The translations under genes were made by a program, and so were the position numbers. Source: an uncultured Actinomycetota bacterium (GTDB lineage Bacteria; Actinomycetota; Actinomycetes; JAFAQI01). Taken from it: a stretch of DNA of 64,000 nucleotides. Below, in pieces: positions 1 to 8,215 of this stretch; the first letter of the stretch is position 1, and each line of letters begins with the position of its first letter. The notes under the pieces were generated by a model. That model worked only from the letters and a program-made list of their open reading frames with translations, was not told the DNA's origin and did no database searches. Where the stretch lies: the NCBI GenBank assembly GCA_963770565.1, contig CAVYQE010000006.1, forward strand, positions 64,001 through 128,000, in the 5' to 3' direction.

Positions 1-564
1 CCCGCCTTCCGCCACGCTGATTTCGCCGGCCGACCCGTACTGCGCAGCCAGGGTTCGGTTGCCCTCGACCGTGCTCGACGTCAGGGTCAACGAGCCTCCG
101 GAGGCATAGATCCCGCCGCCCTTGGCCAAGGCTTCGGTGCCCGGGGCGGCGGTTGCGTCGTACGCAAGATTGTCGGCGACGACCACATGGCTCAGGTGCA
201 GGACGGCCGAGCTGGGCGCCGAGATGCCACCGCCGAGCGATGCAAGCCCGTCGGTGATCGTGAGGTGCTCGAGCGTCACCTTCGCGGCCCCGGTGATCGT
301 CAGCGTGGTGCCGATCCCGCCACCGTCCAGGGTGGCCGCTGGCGCGCCGGTGACCGTCAGGTTCACGCCGATCGTGAAGTTGCCGACGCAGATGCCCTTG
401 ACGTGCACCGTCGAGCCGGGCGCTGCCGCCGACAGTGCCGGCTGGAGTTGCGACGGGCCGCAGTTGACGGTGACCGAGGCGGCTGCGGGCGTCAGCACCA
501 GCCAGCCCGACGCCGCCACCATGCCGGCTACAAGCGCGATTCGAGTCCATCCGGCACTGACCAC
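1..564 (-). CDS. Secreted beta-helix (pectin-lyase-like / Pmp-type GGG(I/A) repeat) protein, 5' part; runs off the window
   Basis: Manual minus-strand translation from GTG at 564: MVSAGWTRIALVAGMVAASGWLVLTPAAA (signal peptide), then TLDGGGIGTTLTI..VTLEHLTITDG..GGGISA..GGGIYASGGSLTLTSSTVEGN; no stop before position 1. Confidence 0.65.
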   Translation of the reverse strand, partial: MVSAGWTRIALVAGMVAASGWLVLTPAAASVTVNCGPSQLQPALSAAAPGSTVHVKGICVGNFTIGVNLTVTGAPAATLDGGGIGTTLTITGAAKVTLEHLTITDGLASLGGGISAPSSAVLHLSHVVVADNLAYDATAAPGTEALAKGGGIYASGGSLTLTSSTVEGNRTLAAQYGSAGEISVAEGG

Positions 565-715
565 GACAGAACCCCTTTCGGCGGCCCAATACTGGCAGCC
601 AGCCAGCGCCCCAACAAGCGGCCCGACGTCGATCAGCGCTGGCCGCACTCGGCACCGCGATACTGGCGGTTACCCACTTGAAAAACCGGGGCCGGTCAGT
701 AGCGTCATCCAGATC

Positions 716-2081
716 ATGTGGCCGAAGCTCCCCGATTGGCGGCGCGAAGCGCTCCGGACCACTCTGTGGCTCATCCCCGCCGCGTTGGTCCTTGTTGCGG
801 TCGTCCTGTTTGTCGTGACCGTGCTGGTCGACCGGGCCGCATTCCATGGCTCACTTGAGCTGCCAACCTGGGTGAACAGCGGCTCGCCCGATGCCGCCCG
901 CCAGGTCCTCAGCGCGATCGCTGCCGCGGTCATCACTGTCGTCGGCGTTGTCTTCTCCATCACCATCGTCGCGCTGACCCTCACCTCGACTCAGTTCGGG
1001 CCACGGATGCTCCGCAACTTCATCCGCGACCGCGGCACCCAACTGACCCTCGGCACCTTCGTCGGCACTTTCGTGTACGCGGTGCTTGTGCTCGGTGCCG
1101 TCGGCGACGACCGTCGAGGGATCTTCGTCCCGCATCTGTCCGTCGCCGTGTCCCTCGCACTCACCCTGGTGGATGCGGGCGTACTGATCTACTTCATCCA
1201 CCACGTCGCCATTTCCATTCAGTTGCCGCAGGTGATGGCCAGCATCGCGTCGGATCTGTCCGCCGCCATTGACATCGAGATCACCGCCGGCCAGCCCAAC
1301 CATGTTGATCGCCGTGAGAGCGGACCCTCCATCGGCGAGCTCAGGCTTCGGCTGGCCGAGGATGGGCTTGACGTCGCCGCGCCTACCAGCGGCTACCCCC
1401 AGTTCGTGCGCTACGACACTCTGATCGCCATCGCCACCAAGTGCGACGCCGTCATCGAAGTGCTGCACCGCCCAGGTCACTTCCTCGTCGAAGGCCTGCC
1501 GATCGCTCGAGTGTGGCCGTCGTCGTCGGCGTCCGAGGTCAGTCGCGGCACTCAAGCGTGGACACGTCACCGGACCGCACCGCACCCTGACCCAGGACAT
1601 GTCCTTCGCGATCGACCAACTCGTCGAGATCGCGCTACGAGCGCTTTCACCTGCGGTCAACGACACCTTCACCGCACTGACCTGTATCGACTGGCTCGGC
1701 GACGCGCTGTGCAAGATTTCGACCAACTGGAACCCCCGCACGGTCCACCGCGACCGGACCGGAGCAGTACGAGTGATCCAGGCCGAGGTCCGCTATGCCC
1801 GACTGGTGGCACGAGCAGTGGAGAAGATCCGCCAGTCCTCTAAGGGCATGCCGGCAGTGATGATCCGCCAACTCGAGAGCTTGGCCAAGGTCATGCCGTA
1901 CACGACTAGCCCGGAGCAGCGCGAGGTCTTGCTGGTGCACGGCGAGATGATCGGTCGCTCGGCGAGCGAGACGGTCTCAGAGCCGTCTGATCTCGCCGAC
2001 ATCATGCAGCGGCTTACCGTGCTCCGCGAACAGCCTGCCGCGCGGTCCGATCAGCCTGCGTCGCGGTCGGGTCTCTCGTAA
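716..2081 (+). CDS. DUF2254-family membrane protein, with one frameshift near 1547
   Basis: Multiple TM segments, motif SITIVALTLTSTQFGPRMLRNF; C-terminal QDMSFAIDQLVEIALRALSPAVNDTFTA continues in ORF 1599..2081. Confidence 0.8.
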
Positions 2082-2118
2082 CGCTAACGTCTTGCTGCCC
2101 TAATCCCCGACGTCGCTT

Positions 2119-3864
2119 TCAGGCGCCCTTTACTTGTGCGATGGCGTACTGCCAAGAGACCGGCAGCCCACCAGCGTCGGTGATCTGCGAGGCGGTCGGA
2201 TCGAGGTCCGCCCAGATCTCGTAGTTGCGTCCGCCGGTGAGCCTTTGACGGTGAGTGACCGCCGAGGTGACCAACCCTGCTGATCCGGAGCAGTCGATGA
2301 TCGCCTTGCCGTTCGAGCAGGCGATCGCGTTGATCGTGAGCGGCGTCTGGTAGCGCGCGGTCGCCGGGCTCATCGCGTAGGCGGTCAGATTGCCGGTGGT
2401 GAGGTTCTCGACTCCTTCGTCGAAGTCGAGCGTGATCTGGTGGTAGGCGCCGGCCGCTGTGGCGGCGACCACGACCGGGTCGAACACGTATTGCGGCGCG
2501 GCGGCAACCTGCAGCGTGTTGGCAAAGCCGAGCTTGGTCAGCTTCTTCCCGCTGAAGTAGCCCTCGTTTCCGGCGTTGTCGACGACGGCGGCGCTGACAT
2601 GCCACTTACCAACGGGCACACATCTGCGGAAGGTCGCGGTGCCGGTCCATTGCGAGCCGCTCCGCGTCAGCCGCACGTTGACGTTTCCACCGTCCTCGAA
2701 CTCGCCGAGGCCACCGAGCCCCTGAACCGACGACGCACCAGTCGGGTTGCTCCCGTTGCCGAACTCGATGCGGATACCGGTGTTCTTCTCGAAGCTGACC
2801 TCGATTCCCTTCACGCCGGAGACGGCATCGCTTGCGGATGCCGTCACTGCGACGGTCTGGGCTCCGGTGGTGGTGTCGACGCTGGTCGGCGTGAAGGTGA
2901 ACTTGGTCAGCTGCGGAGGCGTGACGTCGACCGTGCTGGTCACCGTCACGGTCGAGGCGTAGCCGAGCAGCTGCAACTCGGTGTGGTCGTAGTCGCGGTA
3001 TTGCGGTGCGAAGCCCCGCCCGAACTGCGCGCTGACCTCGGCTTCTGGCTTCACGTCGCCGACCCACCGTGGCATCGTGACGTGACCTCGCCAGCTGTGA
3101 CCGGTGGCATGCAGCCGGGTATGCAGCTGGAGGAAGTGGGTCTTTCCGCGCTTGGGTCGCTGGTAGAAATCGACGAAGACACGGTGCGGCTGATGGCCCG
3201 TGAACCGGGCGATGACGACGACGCGCTTCGTCGCCTTGCTGGTGTTCACCGCGGTCGGCGACACCGTGAAGGCCGACAACTTTCCGGCCGGCACGGTGTG
3301 CGGATTCTTCTTGGTCGGAGTCGGCCCGGTGAGCGTGAGCGTGGAGTCCCAACCGCTCTGCAGCGATATCGCGGTGGGCGAGGTGGCATTGGTCCCGTAG
3401 CCCGGATAGTCCTGGTAGTTGCCGGCCGCATCGCTGATCTCGACATCGGTCAGCTGGTACGTCCCCGGCCAGTCCTTCTGGCTGAAGGCCGCCGCGCCGG
3501 TCCAGACCCCGTCGTCGGTGGTGCCAGAGGTACGGCGGAACTTCACCGGGACATAGCTGTTGTGCGGCCCGGCCAGGAAGGCGTCGAGGTGCTTCACCCC
3601 GCTGCCCGCACCGCCGGTCGCCGTGTCGACCGCGTCAGCAGTCAGCGTGATCGTCGTCGCGCCGTGGGTCGTGTCCACGGTCTGCGAGCTGAACGTGACG
3701 CTGGAGATCTGCGGCGGCACCGCGTCAGCGGGATGCCCGCACAAATTGATGGCGGCGGCCGCGGCCGGCGTACCGGCGATCAAGGGGAGCAGCACCGTGC
3801 TCCCGATCAGCCCGGTCACCAGTGACCCGCGCAGAACCTGCTGTGTGCTCAGCCGAGATCTCAT
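2119..3864 (-). CDS. Secreted Thr/Ser-rich protein with repeated Ig-like beta-sandwich modules
   Basis: Signal peptide ending PAAAAA; repeated modules (PPQIS/PPQLT..VDTT.GA.T..A.D..SGVK..DAAGN/DNAGN). Confidence 0.65.
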   Translation of the reverse strand: MRSRLSTQQVLRGSLVTGLIGSTVLLPLIAGTPAAAAAINLCGHPADAVPPQISSVTFSSQTVDTTHGATTITLTADAVDTATGGAGSGVKHLDAFLAGPHNSYVPVKFRRTSGTTDDGVWTGAAAFSQKDWPGTYQLTDVEISDAAGNYQDYPGYGTNATSPTAISLQSGWDSTLTLTGPTPTKKNPHTVPAGKLSAFTVSPTAVNTSKATKRVVVIARFTGHQPHRVFVDFYQRPKRGKTHFLQLHTRLHATGHSWRGHVTMPRWVGDVKPEAEVSAQFGRGFAPQYRDYDHTELQLLGYASTVTVTSTVDVTPPQLTKFTFTPTSVDTTTGAQTVAVTASASDAVSGVKGIEVSFEKNTGIRIEFGNGSNPTGASSVQGLGGLGEFEDGGNVNVRLTRSGSQWTGTATFRRCVPVGKWHVSAAVVDNAGNEGYFSGKKLTKLGFANTLQVAAAPQYVFDPVVVAATAAGAYHQITLDFDEGVENLTTGNLTAYAMSPATARYQTPLTINAIACSNGKAIIDCSGSAGLVTSAVTHRQRLTGGRNYEIWADLDPTASQITDAGGLPVSWQYAIAQVKGA

Positions 3865-4026
3865 GCTCGTCCGCCAACTCTGTCGCGACGCGTTTGAACT
3901 ACCGGTCTGGGCGTTGGACGCAGTGTGCGCCCGATCGGTTCCCGCGGTCCTGACGGCCGCCGCTCGGCGCCGTACCGGCCAAGGCGCGCGACCGAGTGCG
4001 GGCCGCCATTGATGCTTCCCATAAAC

Positions 4027-4040
4027 CGAAGGTATCTTCG
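4027..4040. promoter_or_regulatory. Palindromic operator / -10 region of TA copy 1 (CGAAG-GTAT-CTTCG)
   Basis: Palindrome 4 bp before the ATG at 4045; conserved in front of copy 2 (5757-5770); no Shine-Dalgarno sequence. Confidence 0.45.
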
Positions 4041-4044
4041 ACTT

Positions 4045-4653
4045 ATGAGAAGTGAGGCTCCGCCGTTACTTCCGATCCTCCGCTCACAACACGAGGCGCG
4101 GCTGCTCGCCGACATCCTGCTTCATCCGGAAGAGGAAACCACCCTGACCGATCTTGCCCGCCGGTTGAACATGGCGGTGTCGACCGTGCATCTGGAGGTC
4201 GGCCGCCTCGTCGACGCCGGCATCCTGCTCGAACGATCGGTCGGCCGGGCCCGACTGGTGCGCGCCAATCAGGACAACCGGCTCTTTCCAGCGTTGAGTC
4301 AGCTGATGCTCCTGACCTATGGACCGGCCATCGTCATCGGAGAGGAGTTCAGCGAGTTCGCCCCGAAGGCGGACGTCCTGATCTTCGGGTCCTGGGCAGC
4401 TCGGTACACGGGCAAGGTCGGCGATGCGCCACATGACATCGACGTTCTGGTGGTCGTCGACCGGATCAGCCGGCTCGCGGTGGATGCTGCCGCGCAGCGG
4501 AGTGAGGACCGGTTGCGCATCCCAGTGAATCCGGTCGTGATGACACGCGACCGATGGCGGGAACGAGACGACGAGCTGGCCGCTGATATCGCCGCCGGAC
4601 CGACGTACTCGGTCTCAACCCTGACCGTCCCCAGACCCGGCCACCCGGCATGA
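4045..4653 (+). CDS. Winged-HTH + minimal nucleotidyltransferase (MNT) antitoxin-like protein, copy 1
   Basis: HTH TLTDLARRLNMAVSTVHLEVGRLVDAGIL; MNT motif IFGSWAARY..PHDIDVLVV; ATGA overlap with the downstream HEPN gene. Confidence 0.8.
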   Translation: MRSEAPPLLPILRSQHEARLLADILLHPEEETTLTDLARRLNMAVSTVHLEVGRLVDAGILLERSVGRARLVRANQDNRLFPALSQLMLLTYGPAIVIGEEFSEFAPKADVLIFGSWAARYTGKVGDAPHDIDVLVVVDRISRLAVDAAAQRSEDRLRIPVNPVVMTRDRWRERDDELAADIAAGPTYSVSTLTVPRPGHPA

Positions 4654-5275
4654 GCCGGTGGCAAATGGGCGAGGCCGTCGTCGAGCAACTGCTCTCCGGC
4701 GGCCAGTTGGAGTCCGTCACCGGAGGTCCGCAAACGGTGAGCCCTGGCTGGCCAAGGCGGAGACCACGCTCCGGTCGGCGCGATCGCTCGTCACGCAGGA
4801 CGCTTCCAGCGCGTATGTGCTCGGGTACGACTCCGCCCGGCAGGCCTGCGTGGGCCTGCTTGCCCAGCAGGGGCTACGTCCGACAACCAGAGGCGGCCAC
4901 TACGCGGTGGACCAAGCGGCCGTCGCGCAGTTTCGGGATGCGTTCGCGGTGTACGGCTCGCTTCGCCGCGGCCGAAACCGGATCGAGTATTCGACCCAAC
5001 CCGTCGACGAGATCAGCATCGAGGAGGTCACCGAGGCGCTCGATGCCGTCGCGGCGATGGGCTACTACAACTCCTTCTACACCAGCGGCTACAGCACCAC
5101 CGCACGTAAGCAACTAATGGTTCACGAAATGGGTCACGAACTAGGTCTGGACCACGCGGGCACCAGCACCTGTTCGGGACAGCCGATTATGTATCCAAAT
5201 AGCTCTCGGTACTTTACCTGCAACCACCAGAATCCACAGCCGGATGACATCGATGGGAGCAACTCTCTCTACTAG
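4650..5275 (+). pseudogene. HEPN-domain gene copy 1: frameshift near 4730, 3' end replaced after ~5059 by a metzincin (matrixin-like) fragment
   Basis: Aligns with 6380..6844 up to ALDAVAAM, then reads ..HEMGHELGLDH..PIMYP..DDIDGSNSLY. Confidence 0.7.
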
Positions 5276-5479
5276 GTGCTCGGACAGCTCAGTCGTCGCC
5301 GCAGCCATGATCGACCGCCTCGTCCACCACGCCGAAGTCGTGTCCCTCAAAGGCGACAGCGACCGACTCAAAGACCGAGACCTCGGCCGCGTCCCCGCGG
5401 CCACAACCGAGGACCAATGACCAGCAGGGGGTCAATTTTCAGTTGCCGATAGAGGGTCAATTTTCGGTTGCCGTTGACA
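5273..5479 (+). mobile_element. IS21-family remnant: 3' end of istB plus terminal inverted repeat
   Basis: Encodes VVAAAMIDRLVHHAEVVSLKGDS.RLKDRDLGRVP; two GGGTCAATTTTC repeats and terminal ..GTTGACA match the IS end at 12377. Confidence 0.85.
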
Positions 5480-5510
5480 CTCAGATCCGAAGAGCCCGGA
5501 AACGCCAAAA

Positions 5511-5557
5511 TGGTGGGCAGGGGCGGGGTCGAACCGCCGACCTTCCGCTTTTCAGGC
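5511..5557 (-). repeat. att site: 47-bp duplicate of the tRNA-Phe 3' end
   Basis: TGGTGGGCAGGGGCGGGGTCGAACCGCCGACCTTCCGCTTTTCAGGC is identical at 5511-5557 and 19450-19496. Confidence 0.95.
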
Positions 5558-5603
5558 TTTACGGGTATCGCGAGGAATCGCTGCTGCGTAAGGGATTCTG
5601 GTA

Positions 5604-5636
5604 GCTATTGCACGGCCCGTGCAATAGCCGTGCAAC
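5604..5636. promoter_or_regulatory. Probable integrase arm-type sites (CGTGCAATAGC repeats), left end
   Basis: GCTATTGCACGG-C-CCGTGCAATAGC perfect 12-bp inverted repeat plus CGTGCAAC; the same motif recurs near the right att. Confidence 0.6.
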
Positions 5637-5774
5637 ATCGGTTTTTGACCACCCGATGCTGTTTCCGGTGGGAAGCTGCAGGCGGAGGGTCGAACGAAGC
5701 TCAGCCTTGCCGGTCGGAAAGTATCGCACCGAACAGAAGTTGAAATTTGCATAGACCGAAGATATCTTTGATTT

Positions 5775-6383
5775 ATGCGAAGTGAGGCGCCGCCGCTGTT
5801 GCCGGTCTTGCGCTCCCATCACCAGGCGCGGCTGCTCGCGGATCTCCTGCTGCATCCCCATGAGGAGACGACTCTGACCGACCTTGCCCGTCGCCTGGAC
5901 ATGGCGGTGTCCACGGTGCACCTCGAGGTCGGCCGTCTGATCGACGCCGGCATCCTGCAGGAGCGTCAGGTCGGGCGGTCCCGCCTGGTTCGGGCCAACC
6001 GCGACGGTCGGCTTTTCCCCGTGCTGAGCGAGCTCATGCTGTTGACCTACGGCCCTGCGGTCGTCATCGCTGATGAGTTCCGCGAGTTCAGTGCGAACGC
6101 GGAGGTCATGATCTTCGGGTCCTGGGCGGCCCGCTATGCCGGAACGGTTGGAGCCGAACCGAACGACATTGACGTCCTGGTGGTAGGCGACGAGCTAAGC
6201 CGCCTCGCGATCGACGCGGCGGCGCAGCGAAGCGAAGGCCGGCTGCGGATCCCGGTAAACCCGGTCGTCATGACCCGGGCACGATGGCGTGATCGCACCG
6301 ATCCGCTCGCGACCCAGATCCACGCTGGCGCGGTCTATTCAGTGACTGAGGTGCTGCCGGTCGTGGGACGGTCGACCGCATGA
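5775..6383 (+). CDS. Winged-HTH + MNT antitoxin-like protein, copy 2 (intact)
   Basis: Close paralogue of 4045..4653; IFGSWAARY..PNDIDVLVV. Confidence 0.82.
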   Translation: MRSEAPPLLPVLRSHHQARLLADLLLHPHEETTLTDLARRLDMAVSTVHLEVGRLIDAGILQERQVGRSRLVRANRDGRLFPVLSELMLLTYGPAVVIADEFREFSANAEVMIFGSWAARYAGTVGAEPNDIDVLVVGDELSRLAIDAAAQRSEGRLRIPVNPVVMTRARWRDRTDPLATQIHAGAVYSVTEVLPVVGRSTA

Positions 6384-6844
6384 GCCGATGGGGAATCGGC
6401 GCGACCGTCGTCGAGGAATTGCTGAAGTCGCGCCATCTCGAGGCCATCGTCGGCAGCGCGGCGAACGGCGACGCATGGTTGGACAAGGCCGACACCACGC
6501 TCGACTCCGCACGTTCGCTGGTGGAGCAGGATCCGTCGAGTGCCTACGTCCTCGGGTACGACGCAGCTCGGCAGGCATGCGTCGGCCTTCTCGCGCAGCA
6601 GGGACTACGGCCCACGACGGCGGGTGGTCACTACGCCGTCGAGCGGACCGTCGTGGCACAGTTCCGCGACGCGTTCACGGTCTTCGGGTCGCTGCGACGC
6701 GGTCGCAACAGGATCGAGTACCCGGTCAAGCCATCCGACCAGACCACGCCCGCCGACGCGGCTGAGGCCTTGGGTGCTGTCGCGACGATGATCGAGAAGG
6801 CGAGGCAGCTGCTCCCCAGCCTCGGTCTGTTCAGCGCTGGGTGA
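6380..6844 (+). CDS. HEPN-domain protein (toxin-like), copy 2 (intact)
   Basis: AYVLGYDAARQAC..LL..QGLR..GGH..; motif RRGRNRIEY (Rx4Y variant); ATGA-coupled to the MNT gene. Confidence 0.75.
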   Translation: MSRWGIGATVVEELLKSRHLEAIVGSAANGDAWLDKADTTLDSARSLVEQDPSSAYVLGYDAARQACVGLLAQQGLRPTTAGGHYAVERTVVAQFRDAFTVFGSLRRGRNRIEYPVKPSDQTTPADAAEALGAVATMIEKARQLLPSLGLFSAG

Positions 6845-7958
6845 TGCTCCGCGGCCGATCCGGGTCATCAGGTCGGTCGGCGGCGAGCCGACTCAGGGCG
6901 TCAGCGATCTGACGGTCGCGGCTGTCGGTGGCGTGCAGGTACCGCTTCGCGGCGACCATCGAGGAGTGGCCGAGTCGGCGCATCAGGTCGGCGAGGCTCG
7001 CTCCCGCCTCGGCGGCGAGGGTCTGCCCGGTGTGACGCAGGTCGTGGAAGCGAAGTTGTGGCAGCCCTACCTCGGCACGTGCCCGCTGAAACGCCAGCCG
7101 CAGTGCATCGCCGCGCATCGGTTCACCACCGCGGCCGACGAAGACCCGCTCAGCGCCGGCGTAGGACTTGAGGTGTTCGGTGAGTAGCGGGATGACATGC
7201 GGGGGGATCGCGACGGTCCGGTAGCCGGCGTCGGTCTTCGGGGGCGCGTCGAACCGGTCCGGCGTGCTGAGCAGCTCGGTGCGGGTCCGACGGACCGTGA
7301 CCAGCCCACGATCGAGGTCGAGATCGCTGGGGCTCAGCGCGAGCACCTCCCCGCGCCGCAGTCCGCACCATCCCGCCAGGACCACCGCGGCCCGATAGCG
7401 CGGGATGATTGCTTCGATGAGCGCGGCGATCTCGGCCGGGGTGGCGACGGGACGTTCGACCGCACGGTCGACGCCGGCGCCGCGGACCTGGCACGGGTTA
7501 CGGGCGAGCGCACCGTCGGCGACCGCGCTGTTCAACACGGCTCGCAAGAAGCGGTAGGACTGCGCTATCGAGGTCCGTCCGCCGTCGCCTGCCATCGCCT
7601 CGGCGTACCAGTGCCGGACCACCGACGGACTCAGGTCGCGAAGCGCCAGCGGCTGCAGCGGCGCGAGATGCAGCCGCAAGTTGCGTTCGCAGGTCTCTCG
7701 CCATCGCGGTCCGATCCGGGGATGCGAAGCGAGCCAGTCCTTCGCGTAGACGCCGAAGGCCACCTTGGCTGCCGCGTCATCGACCCACGTGCCGCGCAGC
7801 ATGTCGGTCTCGACCGCGGAGACCCAGCGGTCGGCGTCGGTCTTGGTCGCGAACGTCGCCGGCGCCGTCCGCCGCGAACCGTCCGGAGCCTGGTACGACG
7901 CCTGCCAGCGATTTGACGGCAACCGACGGACCGCACCGAAGCGTCGCCGACCAGCCAT
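6831..7958 (-). CDS. int: Tyrosine recombinase / site-specific integrase
   Basis: N-terminal arm-binding region (FGAVRRLPSNRWQASY); catalytic GLRRGE, PKT, RFHDLRH, LGHSS, KRYLH. Confidence 0.95.
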   Translation of the reverse strand: MAGRRRFGAVRRLPSNRWQASYQAPDGSRRTAPATFATKTDADRWVSAVETDMLRGTWVDDAAAKVAFGVYAKDWLASHPRIGPRWRETCERNLRLHLAPLQPLALRDLSPSVVRHWYAEAMAGDGGRTSIAQSYRFLRAVLNSAVADGALARNPCQVRGAGVDRAVERPVATPAEIAALIEAIIPRYRAAVVLAGWCGLRRGEVLALSPSDLDLDRGLVTVRRTRTELLSTPDRFDAPPKTDAGYRTVAIPPHVIPLLTEHLKSYAGAERVFVGRGGEPMRGDALRLAFQRARAEVGLPQLRFHDLRHTGQTLAAEAGASLADLMRRLGHSSMVAAKRYLHATDSRDRQIADALSRLAADRPDDPDRPRSITQR

Positions 7959-7967
7959 CGTTGTCTC

Positions 7968-8183
7968 CTACCGTCGTCCTGACCTCACCGGTACCGGGTC
8001 GACCCGGCCGGCCGCCAGATAGTCAGCGAGATCTGTGGATGAGATCCGCACATGACGGCCGATCTTGTGGAAGGCGATCCGCCGCTCGGCGATCAGCCGA
8101 CGGACGAACCGGACCGTCGTACCGAGCCGGTCGGCCGCTGCCTGCGGGGTCAACATCTGGTCTGCTTCGACCAAATCGCTCAT
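7968..8183 (-). CDS. xis: Excisionase-family HTH protein
   Basis: MLTPQAAADRLGTTVRFVRRLIAERRIAFHKIGRHVRI; directly upstream of int; GAGGAG before the ATG at 8183. Confidence 0.88.
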   Translation of the reverse strand: MSDLVEADQMLTPQAAADRLGTTVRFVRRLIAERRIAFHKIGRHVRISSTDLADYLAAGRVDPVPVRSGRR

Positions 8184-8215
8184 GCTGGACTCCTCATCAA
8201 TGGGTGGGATTGCGG

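Noticed and set aside
122-715. N-terminal 198 aa of ORF 122..1843
   Set aside because: Largely antisense to the minus-strand secreted protein; the DUF2254-like sequence starts at ATG 716
5511-5557. Second tRNA-Phe gene
   Set aside because: Only the 3' 47 nt are present; the D-arm and 5' acceptor strand are missing, so it is an att duplicate
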